From positions 1 to 44,337 of the forward strand of contig MEDY01000443.1 of the NCBI GenBank assembly GCA_001724265.1: DNA of 44,337 nucleotides, given 5' to 3'. Below are positions 1 to 11,331 of the stretch, piece after piece. Source of the DNA: Rhizaria sp. SCN 62-66. Lineage: Eukaryota. Both the position numbers and the translations under genes were made by a program. A model generated the notes under the pieces. That model had not been told where the DNA came from. It ran no database searches and saw only the letters and a list, made by a program, of their open reading frames with translations. The stretch's first letter is position 1. The number at the start of each line of letters is the position of its first letter.

Positions 1-550
1 GAGACCACGGATACCGTGGGTCTTGGGCTTACCGTAGACGATACCCTTGGAGTTGGGGCGCTTGGAGGAGCCGCGGCGAACACGGACACGGTAGATGACG
101 AAGCCCTGCTTGGCCTTGTAGCCCATGCGGTGGGCCTTGTCGGGGCGGGAAGGCTTGGAAGCGCGGTGCACAGTGGCAAGCTGGCGGAACTCCCAAGTGC
201 GGATGCGCATGACGAAGCGCATCACATCGGACTGCTTCTTGCGCCAGAGCTCAGTAAGATACTTGTAGGCACCTGCGGGAGGATTACAAAAGGGGAGGCA
301 AGAGACAAGAGGCGGATAGAAAGAAGAGAAATGAGCTAAAGTTTCTTGGCAAAAGATTCACAGATCCTCGTGACAGCATCTATAGTCCCTGGAGAGGCTT
401 TTCTAGGGTAGCTTGGGAAGAAAGAGCTCTTGGGCCAGCGCTCAGAGCTCCTCGGAAATGGTCATTTTCGGCGGGAAAATCCGTCAAATGCGAATGTGGA
501 CCTTATTAACAATGAGAGCAGCGCAAAATTGATTGTAGAAACGTACCCAT
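1..550 (-). CDS. RPL15: 60S ribosomal protein L15 (eL15), 5' part; exons 550-547 and 272-<1
   Basis: Spliced translation [69 protein letters not shown]...GIVYGKP is the eL15 N-terminus. Phase-1 intron 546-273 (GTACGT...CAG). Not in the ORF track; the gene runs off the left edge of the window. Confidence 0.97.
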
Positions 551-1181
551 ATTGTGTCTATCTCGTTTTCACGTGTCAAAAAGACCTGAATTGAGCATCA
601 ACTATGACCTGACCGAACCTAGTTGCGGCTTACTTTCCCCGCATAGTAGCCCGACGGGGGATTTTCCAAATCCACTTTTCCTAAGACCTCTCTCCCCTCT
701 TTCTCCCGCTCCAACGCAAGAAATTCTGACGTTTGGGCACATTTCACAGTATTATTGATTACTCTTTGAAAACAAGCTCAATTTCACTTGGATCAATTTA
801 ATAATATTTTAATTAAAGCGCCGAGTGTATTTGATTTGTTATTAGTTATTACTTTATGAATTTACTATGACAGATCTCTTGATTTTAGTGTTTTAGATAT
901 TCGCATTGCACTTAAGAGATAAAATAAAGGAAGCTAGAGCAATGAGGATGCTGTGAAACACGTTGTATTTTGTTTAAAAAAGAATCTAAGTACAACCAGA
1001 CCAGTGTCTAAAGCTAGAACAAGATATGCATCTGATTGATATTGATATTAATACATTCTTGTTCAGTATGGTACTGCGAGCCATGGCCTTGCAGCGGATG
1101 TTGTAGTTAAGCTTGACAGCACGCGGTGGCTGGCTTGATCACAGCACACGCACGCATAAGAATTCATTGTTGTCCATACAC

Positions 1182-2543
1182 TCACTTGCTGAACTTGACA
1201 GATTTCGACGTCGACGACGAGGACGAGGACGAGGACGAGGATGAGGAGTAGCTCGGACGACTGCTGCCACTACTAGAGCTAGAGCTAGAGCTAGAACTAG
1301 AGCTGGGAGTGTTGGCGGAGTCACCACGCTTCTGGCGCTCCTCAAAGCGCTCGAGCGCAACCTTCTGCACCTTGACGGCGATCTTGTGCCTGCGCGCCTT
1401 GGAGTTGCCGCCGCCGCCCGCGGTGAGCTCGACGTTGATCTTGCGCCCGTCGACGACGGTGTGGTGGAAGCCCAGTGCGTAGCTCAGGTCGCGCGCGTTG
1501 GAGAACTCGACGAACGCATAGCCCTTGACCTGCTGCGTCTCGCGGTGCGCGGGCATGCGCACGGAGACGTCCTCAGCCTTAGAGAAGAGGCTGCGCACGC
1601 CGTCTTTGTCCATGTCGTAGGGCAGGTTGCCGACGAAGAGCACATAGCGGCGGTTGCTGCGCTGCCGCTCCTTCTTCTCGCGGCGCTTCTCGTCGACCGA
1701 CTCGAGCGTGCTCTGTCCGGCGCGCGCGCGCTGCGGGTTCTTGAGCTTCGACAGGATGTCCTCGTCACTGTCACTGCCGCTGTCAGAACTGTCGCTGTCA
1801 CTGTCACTGCCGCTGGAGCTGCCACTGCTGCTGGACGAGTCCGAGTCCGAGTCCGAGTCGTCTTCCGACTCCATCATGTTGCCGGCCTTCTTGAGGGCCT
1901 TCTTGGCGCGTTTCTCGGCGAGCTTGGCCTTGGCCTCCTTGGCTTCCTTGGCGGCGGTCAGCTCCTGCACGACGCGGCTCTTCTTGGCGATCGCGGTGAT
2001 GTCGTCGTCGTCATCATCGTCGTCATCCGCCTTGCTCTTCTTCTTCTTGTCCTTCTCCACCTTCTCCAAGGCCGCCTTGTCCGCGGCGGCCTTGTCAGCG
2101 GCCTTCTCGGCGGGCGTCTCGCCCGTCAGCGACCGCTTGGCGTCCTCGCGCTTGGCCTTGTTGGTGACGCGGTACCACATGTCGACGAACTTGGCGGCAC
2201 CGAAGTGTTCGCGGCACGCCAGCAGCTCGCACATAATCTCCACGCCGGTGTAGATAACCAGCACGCGGCCCGTGGGCAGCAGCGAGACGTGGTCCGAGTG
2301 CAGATGCAGCAGGTTCACCAGCACCTCGCGCTGCTCCTGCGCCGTCAGCGCCTGCGGCGGCTCCAGCGACGACGGACCCACGACGGGGTCAGCCAGCTTG
2401 GGCTGCTTGAGCGAGTCGGACTCGCGGAAGTGCGCCGCCACAAATGCCTTGATCTCGGGCAGCGTCGGGGCCACGAAGTCGGCGGGGACCTCGCGCAGCG
2501 GCGGCAGGTTGGTGCGCCGGTGGAACTTGCGCTCAGTGGACAT
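1182..2543 (-). CDS. Nucleolar single-RRM protein, Nop6-like (~453 aa)
   Basis: C-terminal RRM (LFVGNLPY...KGYAFVEF) followed by RKINVELTAGGGGNS, which I recognise from Nop6-type proteins. Lys/Asp/Ser-rich middle region. ATG at 2543 follows a pyrimidine tract and AG; stop is TGA. Confidence 0.75.
   Translation of the reverse strand: MSTERKFHRRTNLPPLREVPADFVAPTLPEIKAFVAAHFRESDSLKQPKLADPVVGPSSLEPPQALTAQEQREVLVNLLHLHSDHVSLLPTGRVLVIYTGVEIMCELLACREHFGAAKFVDMWYRVTNKAKREDAKRSLTGETPAEKAADKAAADKAALEKVEKDKKKKSKADDDDDDDDDITAIAKKSRVVQELTAAKEAKEAKAKLAEKRAKKALKKAGNMMESEDDSDSDSDSSSSSGSSSGSDSDSDSSDSGSDSDEDILSKLKNPQRARAGQSTLESVDEKRREKKERQRSNRRYVLFVGNLPYDMDKDGVRSLFSKAEDVSVRMPAHRETQQVKGYAFVEFSNARDLSYALGFHHTVVDGRKINVELTAGGGGNSKARRHKIAVKVQKVALERFEERQKRGDSANTPSSSSSSSSSSSSGSSRPSYSSSSSSSSSSSSTSKSVKFSK
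1273..1303. repeat. (TAGAGC)n hexanucleotide microsatellite encoding poly-Ser in the Nop6-like tail
   Basis: About five tandem, slightly imperfect tagagc units are visible in the sequence. Confidence 0.8.
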
Positions 2544-2926
2544 CTGGGCTATGAAAGAGCGGTGCAGGAAGGGAAGACAGGACACGGTGAGAACTCGAAA
2601 TACAAAAATAAAGGTATCAGAGCAAGTAATTACAGAAACAAGAGCTTAAAAACACTTTGACGATGTTGGTTTCGAGCTCCATACGATTGCCGAGACGCAT
2701 TCCAGAGCGCCTCCATTGCTTGGTACAGTCGGCCGCCTCGGCCGCCGCTCCCGAAATCGGCTCTGGTCATGGCGACGAGGGGCTCAAATCATTGTCTGCC
2801 CTGCCTTTGTTTTATCGTCGATAGGCGTCTCATTTGACCTTACGATATTTCCGCTTTTTTTTTACTCAATTAGAGTTGCGCTTTTCTGCGCGCGTTAAGC
2901 TAGAGAGGATTCACGCGGCTTGTCTG

Positions 2927-5900
2927 ATGTCTATCATGACCGGCCCTTGCCGCCTCTTCTTTCTGGGCGCCGCGCTGCTGCTGCTGCTGCAGACTGCCGT
3001 CCCAGCCCTGGCCGACTCTTCCGCGCCTTTTTATCGTGACGTCGAAGTCGAAGTGACCGCCCCGTGGAACACAACTGAGATCTGGGCTGAGGCCCACGCC
3101 TTTTTCGACTCCGTCTCTCCTTCCCACGCCTGGGCCTTCGTCGACCACCTCGCTGACGCCGCCTGCCCCGCGTCCTCTTCCGCGGCCGCCCCCGCGCCGC
3201 TCTCCGACGCGCGCCAGTACGCCCTGGCCTCGGCGGCGTCGACGGCGCTGCTGGGCGCGCACACGGCGCGCCTGCTGCCGTACGCTCTCAACTTCTCGCT
3301 GCACTCGCCGCGCGTCGAGGCCGCGCGCGAGACGGCCGTGACCGCGCTCCAGCGCTGGGTCGGCGTCGGTGTTTCCACTGCTGCCGCAACAGCGGGCCCC
3401 GTGGTGCGCGGCGCGTTTGCGGCCGTGCTGGACTGCCCCGCGCTCGTGGCCGTGGGCCGCCGGCTGCACTGCGCCGACTCCGCCGAGGCCGCCGCCGCGC
3501 TGCCGGCCGCCGTCGCCGCCGCGGCCGCCGACCTCGCGGCGCTGCTCCCCGCCTCCGCCGTCGCCGCGGCAAGCAAGGACGAAGGCAGCAGTGTTCCCAC
3601 AGCTGCTGCTGTCGCGCGCGTGTTTGCCGCGCTCCCGTCCGAGGTTCTGCTCGCGCCTGTCGTGTCCTTTGACAGCCCGTACGCTCCGCCCACAGATCGC
3701 AAGACCGGCTACTCCAGCGGCTGGACCAACGTGGAGGCGACCGTCTCGCTGCCCGTGGTTCTGTTCGCCGACGCCGCCAGCGACCCTTGCGCCGTGGCAC
3801 GTGCACATAAGACCCTCAAAGCACTCGCCGACTCGACCGCCGCCGCGCCCGCCGCCGTGCCGGCCCCCGCTGGGCCGAGCGAGGGCGTCAACGTGCGCGG
3901 CGTCGGGTACACCGTGAGCTACGTGTTCCGCTCGCGCACCCCCATGGAGCTCGTCCCTGTGGCCGGCCATCAGAAGCAGCCCTCTGGCTCCGAGACCGAG
4001 ACGGACGCAGTGACGCCCCTGACCTTCCCGGGCCTTTGCCGCGACCGGCTTCGCAACCCCCACAGCGCGAGCGAGGTGACCGTGGGCGGCATCGGTTCCA
4101 CGAGTTCCGCCGCGGCGACCGTGGGCTGCCTGCGGTACACGACGCGCGGCAACGCGGGCACTCTGGCCGGCGTCACTGCGCAGACTGTGCTGGGCTTCGG
4201 CGCCGAGCTCGCGCTCAAGTCAACCGAGTACACCGTCATCGACAAGAGCGCCGCAGACGCCGCCGCCGCTGCGGCCGCGGCAACAGCGACGGACGCCGAC
4301 TCTGACGCCAGAGTGACTGCGCATGCGAGTGCGAAGGCGCAGGGCGAGAGAGAGGACGGCGCGGCCGCGCTGGGCCGCGGCCACACGCAGCTGCGCGCGC
4401 TGCTTTTCATCGCGCTCGCTGGCGACGCGGCGACCGTGAGTGCCGACGAGGTGGGCCAGTGGTCTCACTCGCTTGGCGAGGTCCTCAAGGTACGGATGAT
4501 CAAAACATGACACTTTGCACGATGTAGACTCTATCATATCACACCAAGTCAGAACTGAAGCAAATCAAATGAACTCTCTGCATTCGAACTTATTTCCTTA
4601 CAATACTCTTATTTGTACTTGTTTGCTGTATTTATATCAATAGGCGACTAGCCACGCGCCCCTGTCTGCGTCGGAGGACTTCTTCGCTGTCCCGCTGTCC
4701 GCGACGGCGCCTTCCGCGGCTGTTGCGGCTTTGGGCCCCCCGCACGCGCTGTCCGCGGGCGTCGACGAGCTCTCCGCGCGCGCCGCCGCGGCCGTGCTCA
4801 CGGCGAGCGACCCGCTCCGCGCGCTTGCCCGCGCCATTGAGACCTTCCCGGCGCTCTTCCTCCGCTTCAACGGCAGCGTCTCCACTGCTACGGCGGCAGA
4901 GGCTGCGGCAACCGCGATCGTGACGCCCGCGCTGGGCGCCAACCGCGCGCGGCTGCAGCGCGCGCTCGTGTCGGCGCTGCTGGCTGAGACCGGCGACCAA
5001 CGCACGGCGGTGATGTTGGCGTCGCAGCGCGGACCCGGCAACGCCGTCTTCATCGGCGGCGAGTCCGTCCCCGCGAGCAAGATGAACGTACGCCTATTTC
5101 GTATCTAAAAGTTGTATATCATGCAAATTGATTAATATCGAGCTGAAACTGAATGATGATGTGAATTATCATGATTTATCCATAATTTGTATGATTTGTT
5201 TGATTTCGCTAACATATTGTGCTTGATATCCATAATTTTGTCATTTTTCGCAGCCCTTTGACCTCGCGCCGGTGCTCCTGCGCCAGGCCAAGATGCTCGA
5301 CGCCGCCACCGCCGCCCTCGCCACAACTGACGATAGCAGCACGAGCGACAAGGAGACCGCCGCCGCGCCGGCCCCGGTCGACCTGAGTTCGCTGCTCACG
5401 GTCGCCCCGCCTGCCGCGCCGGAGTCGGAGCGCACGGCGGGCGCCGCTGCGGCCTCGGGCTGGCGGTGGGACGCCTTCGCCGCCGCGGACGCCGTTGCCG
5501 CCGCGCGCGGCGTTGCCTTGGCCCAGCGCTGCCCCGTGCCGCCCGCTTCGACCGCGGCCGCCGCGACGTCCTCTGCCGCCGCCACCGCCGCCGCTGCGGC
5601 CGCTGCAGCGCGCCTGTCCCCCGCCTCCGTGTCGTGGCTGGGCGACCTGGCCGTGGACCCGCGCTACGAGGGCTACCCGTCGTGGAAGCACGCGCTGTCG
5701 ACGCCCGCGTACCCGGGTCAGCTCGTCCCCGCGCGCGCCAACCTCCACGAGGCGCTCTTGGTCGCAGATCTGGGCTCGCTCGCGGGACTCAACGCGGTCA
5801 ACGCGCTGGCGCAGTTCGCGGCCTCGCGCGCGCCCGTGCGGCCCGGCGTTGTCGCCGTCACGGCCGAGGACCTCGTCGCCGTCGAGGACAATGAGGACGC

Positions 5901-8900
5901 CGAGCAAAACGCCAAGAAAAGTACGATCTTGTCACATTCGCGCAATCTAACATCTCTATGTCATTACTGTATCGACATTTTTTTTTTTTTTTTTAGTTTT
6001 TTTTTTTTTGTTTGTGTCAAATCCGTTCGCATTCGCAGCGCTGTCGCCCGCGCAGCTGATCGTGCGCGCGTGGCACGTCCTCGCGGCCGCGGCGCCGACC
6101 TCATCCGCGGCCTCGTCCGCAGGCGCGGCCCCGCCCCGCCGCGCGGGCGCCGCGAACCCAGTCTTTAACGCGGGTCCGATTGTGCTGGCCGCGGACTTTG
6201 TGTCGCGCGTGCTGGACGAGGCGCTCGTCGACGGCGGCAACCAGGGCGCCGGCGCGGCCGTGTTCGACCGCGCCTGGACGCGCGCGGGCGGTGACGCCAG
6301 CCCAGTCACGGCGGCCGCGGTCAAGCGCGCCTTCCGCGCCGCCGCCAAGCGCGCCGCACTCGACTCGGGCGACGCCGTCGGGGCCGACGACATCGACGCC
6401 GTGTGGACGGACCTTGCGACCTTCCGCGTTGCCGCCGCGCCGCTGCACTCCTCCGCCGCGCTCGACGCCACGCCCGCCGGCGCCGCCATCGCGCCCTACC
6501 CGCTCTCCACCGCCGCGCTGATCTGCAGCAACACTACGGGCTCCGTCTCGAGTTCCCCCGCGAGTACAGGCGACGCGCCGCTGGGTGCCAAGCCGTTCAA
6601 CTCCGCGGCGCACCGCGCGCAGTGGCGCTCCTCTCTGTCCGACGCCTTGGCGACCGTGCTCGTTGGCGGGCTGCTCGACCGCGCGCCCCCCGCGTACGCC
6701 GCCGCGGCCGCCGCGCTGGTCGCGCGCCCGCAGACGGGCATCCAGGACGCAAGTGCCGCGCGCGGGGTGCTCGCCGCGCTGCGCCCGCTGACCGTGGCCG
6801 CCGCCCCCGCTGCGGCGTCGGGACTGCTCAACGGGCCCGCGGGCGCCGCGCGCGCCGCCCGGCTGACGCGCGTGTCGTCCCGGCTGCCGTTGCTGGCCGC
6901 GGCCGGCGTGACGCACCCGTGGCACCCCACGACTTCCCCGCGCGACACGCTGCTCATCGCGCTCATGCCCTCGCAGCAGCTCTGGACGGCGCTCGCGTCA
7001 GGCTCCCAGGCGCTCGCGACGGCGCCCGACGACGGCAACGCGTTCGACCCGCGCCCGCTGGCCCGCGCCGCGCTCAAGGGCGCCGCGGCGCGCCTCAACG
7101 CGCGCGTGACTGGGCCCTCGGCGCACGAGCCCGCGGCGCAGGGCGCCGACGTGACCGAGACCGAGGCCGCGGCCGCCGCGGGCGGGTACCACGCGCTGCA
7201 GCGCACGTGCGCCGCGCTGGGCCAGGTCGCGCCCGCGGCGTGGGGCGCGCTCAACTGGCGCCCCGTCTCCGTCTCTGACGCCGTCACCGCCGACAGCAGC
7301 AGCAGCAGTAGCAGCAGCAGTGAGGCCGTGACCGTTTCCGCGGTGCTCACTGTGGACGCGGGCTCGGCGTCCTCGCTCTCCACCGCGGCCTCGGTCCTTG
7401 CGGCGCTGCGCCTTGCCCTCGCCTCGCAGTCCGCGGACTCTGACAAGAGCGGGCTGGCGGCGCTCGGCATGGCGTCTGCGCTCGCGGTCACCTCGAACAG
7501 TAACAACAACAACAACAATAAGAACGCCGACCCTGCTGCGACTGGCATGGCTCGTCTGGCCTTCGTCACCACGCCCGCCGCCGCTGGCTCCGCCGCCGCG
7601 GTTGTCGCCGCCGCGCTGGCCGCCGCGCCCACCCCCGCCGCCGCCGCGGCCGTGCTGGCCGCCGCCGCGCCCGCCGTCGCCGCTGAGTCCGCCACGGCCG
7701 CCTCGGTCGCCGCCGCGCTGGCCGCACCCGCGTCCGCCTCGGCCGAGTCCCTGCTCGCGACCGCCACGGCCGCGACCGCCGCGACCGTGTTCGCGGCGGG
7801 CTCCCTGGCGCCGCCGGTCGCCGGCGCCGCGACCGGCGTGACGCTGCTGGTCAACAGCCGCGCCGTCGCAGTCCCCGCGCTCACGGTCACTAAGACTAAG
7901 GCTTCCACGCTCTCTGCCGCTGTTGCTGCTGCTGATGGCGCTGCCGATAGCGCTGATAGCGCTGACTCGGAGGCGCTGGTGGATACCGTGAGCGCGGGCG
8001 CCCTCTGGTCGCTGCGCGCTGATGTCGCGCTGCTCGTTGCACACGCGCGCCGTTACTCGCCCGTGCCTCAGCTCGCCTCGATGCTCACGCGCACGACCGC
8101 CGGCGGCGCTAATGCAGTGCCGTTCTCTGCGGCGTCGCGCGCGGCGGACTCGGCGCTGTCGCTGGGCTGTGTGCTGGCGACTGCCCGCGCGGCCGGCTGG
8201 ACCAACGGCGCCGGGCTGGGCGGCGAGGGCGCGGCGCAGAGCCCGCTGAATCGGCGCCCGCCGGCGCAGGGCGCGCCCGAGGACGGCATCCCGCTCGCGC
8301 AGGCGGTGCCCATCGCCGAGTTCGACGCGCGCGCCGTCATCGCCGCCCATAGTAACGAGGCGGGCGAGGGCGAGACCAAGCAGCGCCCGCTGGCGACCGT
8401 GGAGGCGTACCTCTCCGTCACCGCCCAGTCGACGCAGCAGGTCGCCGGACTGCTGGTGTACCTGCGCGACGCGCTGGCGCTGCCGACGACGGTGGTGCTG
8501 CTGCCGGGCCGCCGCGGCGAGGGCGACGAGGCGCAGCAGAGCCCAGTCAAGCGCTTCTACACCGCCGCGCTGGCGCCGTTCCCGCTCTTCGCGCCGCGCA
8601 CAGGTGCGCGCCTGCCTCCACCGCCGGCGACGTTTGCGGCGCTGACGTCGGCCGCGCTGCTCACGCTGACGGTGCACACGCCCGAGCCCTGGCTGTTGTC
8701 GCTGGCCGAGGCCGACGACGACCTGGACAACCTGCGCCTCGCCGCCGCTGCGGGCGCGTCGCCCGCGCGCGCCGTCTCGCCGTTCGACGGCGCGTTCCTC
8801 GGCTCCGTTGCGCGCACCGCGCTGCCGCCCGCGCTCGTACACGCCGCTTCAGTCGCCCTGGGCGACCGTGGGCAGGGCAGTGACCGTGAGAGCGAGGGCG

Positions 8901-10790
8901 AGAGTGACCGCGAGCAGGTGATCGAGGTCGACGTCACCGCGACTGGCCAGCTCACCACCCGCCGCTCCGACAGCAACAGCAAGAGTGACTCTACTGCCAC
9001 TGCGAAGCTGCGCGTGTCGAAGCGCGTGGCCGCCGCAATCTCCCCGGCCACGCTCCCGCCCGTCCGCGCGCGCTTCGCGCTGAGCAAGCTGATCATCGAG
9101 GGCCAGGCCACCGAAGCGGGCCCCCGCCGCGCGCCCGCGGCAGGCGTGCAGCTCGCCGCACAGGCCCCCGCCGTGGCCGTGACCGCCGCCGCGCTTTCGC
9201 TGGCCCCTGTGTCTGCGGACTCGCTCGCAGGCGTGTCGCCCGCGGCCGCGGTGGTGGCCGTGGCGCGCCCGGCCGTCGCGGCCACGATCGCCATGGAGAA
9301 CCTGGGCTACTTCCAGCTGCAGGCGCGCCCCGGCGTGTTCGAGGTCACCGTCGCGTCCAACGGCCACGACAAGGTCTTTGCTGTCGAGCCCACCGTGAAT
9401 GCCAACGGTGGCACTGGCGCCGAGTCGGTGCTGTCGCTTTCTGTGCCTGTGCCCTCTGCCTCCGCTTCCGCTGAGTCCAAGTCCGCCGACTCCACTGCCG
9501 GCGCCGGCGCCAGCGCCTCCAAGACTGCGAGCGTGGGCGTGGTGGGCTCCCACTCGGCGCGCGCGTCTGCGCAGTCGGTGGCGGTGACGTCGTTCGTGTC
9601 CGAGCCTCAGCAGCTGCGGCTGCGGCGCCAGCCGGGCCAGGGTTTTACCCGCATCGAGGACGTGGAGCTCGACTGGAGCGACGCCAGCGCCAACGGGGTC
9701 GCCGCGGTGCCGTCGAGCGCGGCGCTGTACGCGTCGTGGGCATCGCCGCTGATGCAGCGCACAGTTAACAACGGCACCATCCACGTTTTCTCGATCGCGT
9801 CCGGACACCTTTATGAGCGCTTCCTGCGCATCATGATGCTGTCGGTCTTCAAGAACACCAAGAGCAAGGTCAAGTTCTGGTTCATCGAGAACTTCTTGTC
9901 TCCGCAGTTCAAGGAGTTCGCGCCCAAGATGGCCGCCGAGTACGGCTACGAGGTCGCCTTCGTGACGTACAAGTGGCCCGCCTGGCTGCGCGGTCAGGAG
10001 CAGAAGCAGCGCCTTATCTGGGGCTACAAGATTCTCTTCCTCGACGTCATTTTCCCGCTCGATCTCGACAAGGTTGTCTTCGTCGACGCTGACCAGGTCG
10101 TGCGTGGTGACTTGCAGGTACGTTTACTATTACTAGGAGTATCTTTTGTTCAATTTTAAACTGACTTAATATTAATTGATTCAATTATTGTCTTTACAAT
10201 ACTCAGTTTTTAAATCTCACGTAAATAATGTTACTTTGCTTTATATTCCCTTGTTTTTGCTCTGTTCATAGGAGTTGTTCGACATGAAGCTGCGTCCCGG
10301 CGCGCCCTACGCGTACACGCCGTTCTGCAACAACAACATGGAGACGGAGGGCTTCCGCTTCTGGAAGCAGGGTTACTGGCTTAACCACCTCCAGGGCAAG
10401 CCCTACCACATCTCGGCGCTGTATTTGATCGACCTGCGCCGCTTCCGCCGCCTGCGCGCGGGCGACATCCTGCGGTCTGTCTACGACCAGCTGTCCGGGG
10501 ACAAGCACTCGCTGGCCAACCTGGATCAGGACCTGCCGAACTTTGCGCAGCACAACGTGCCGATCCACTCGCTGCCGCAGGAGTGGCTCTGGTGCGAGAC
10601 GTGGTGCGGCGAGGCGACGCTCCCGGCCGCCAAGACGATCGACCTGTGCAATAACCCGGCCACCAAGGCGCCCAAGCTCGACGTGGCCCGCCGCCTCATC
10701 CCCGAGTGGCAGGTGCTCGACTCCGAGGCCGACGCGCTCGCGGAGCGCATTGAGCGCGAGCAGCGCGCCGCCGCGGGGCAGGGCGTCTGA
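2927..10790 (+). CDS. UGGT: UDP-glucose:glycoprotein glucosyltransferase (GT24); exons 2927-4489, 4644-5087, 5254-5920, 6039-10117, 10272-10790 (~2423 aa)
   Basis: N-terminal signal peptide; motifs [20 protein letters not shown] and [14 protein letters not shown]; catalytic domain [20 protein letters not shown]...[14 protein letters not shown]...FVDADQ...YHISALY...[10 protein letters not shown]...WLWCETWC...IDLCNNP. All four GT-AG introns keep the frame. The start could instead be ATG 2936. Confidence 0.95.
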
Positions 10791-11331
10791 GCGGGCGGCC
10801 CGGGTGAGGCTGTGCCATGAGGGCGAATGCGCTTGGTCGGTGTAGCGAACGTGTTTGGGAAGATAGAAGCACTTAAAGACGATTTGGGGTGCGCGCGAGG
10901 AAGTTGCCAGCGCATTTCCACCGGGCTATATTATTTGATACACAGTGATTTATTTTCATATGCGCACATTATACGACTTGAACAAGCTGTTTAATGGATC
11001 TTTATAAGTGACTGCACCGTGACTGTGGGGTAGACTGGCAGCGGCGACTCGTTGACTCGGTTTGTGGCTGGCCGACAGTGCGTGACGAACTTTCACTTCG
11101 CAGACAGTCAATACTCCGTTTTATACGCTAATGCGAAGATATTCTAAGATTGTCGACACATGTTTTTTATATGCATTATTCGCGCACTCTTGTATGGTTC
11201 CAATTCCCGTGCTGAACTGCTGTCTTTTTCGCTCTTTCCCCCTCTATGTAGCCTTAGTGCGACTCCGGAGTTCACCTTACTCCCAGCTCACGAGAAAAGC
11301 AGTCAGGCGTTTCTGACTTGATTATTCCATA

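Noticed and set aside
16-339. 107-aa plus-strand ORF
   Set aside because: Antisense shadow of RPL15 exon 2.
273-546. Possible intronic snoRNA in the RPL15 intron, which has short inverted repeats (GAGCTC...GAGCTC)
   Set aside because: No convincing C/D (RUGAUGA...CUGA) or H/ACA box arrangement by eye; an Rfam or snoscan search would be needed.
5977-6009. Long poly-T run
   Set aside because: It is the polypyrimidine tract of UGGT intron 3; there is no target-site duplication or other sign of a retroelement tail.
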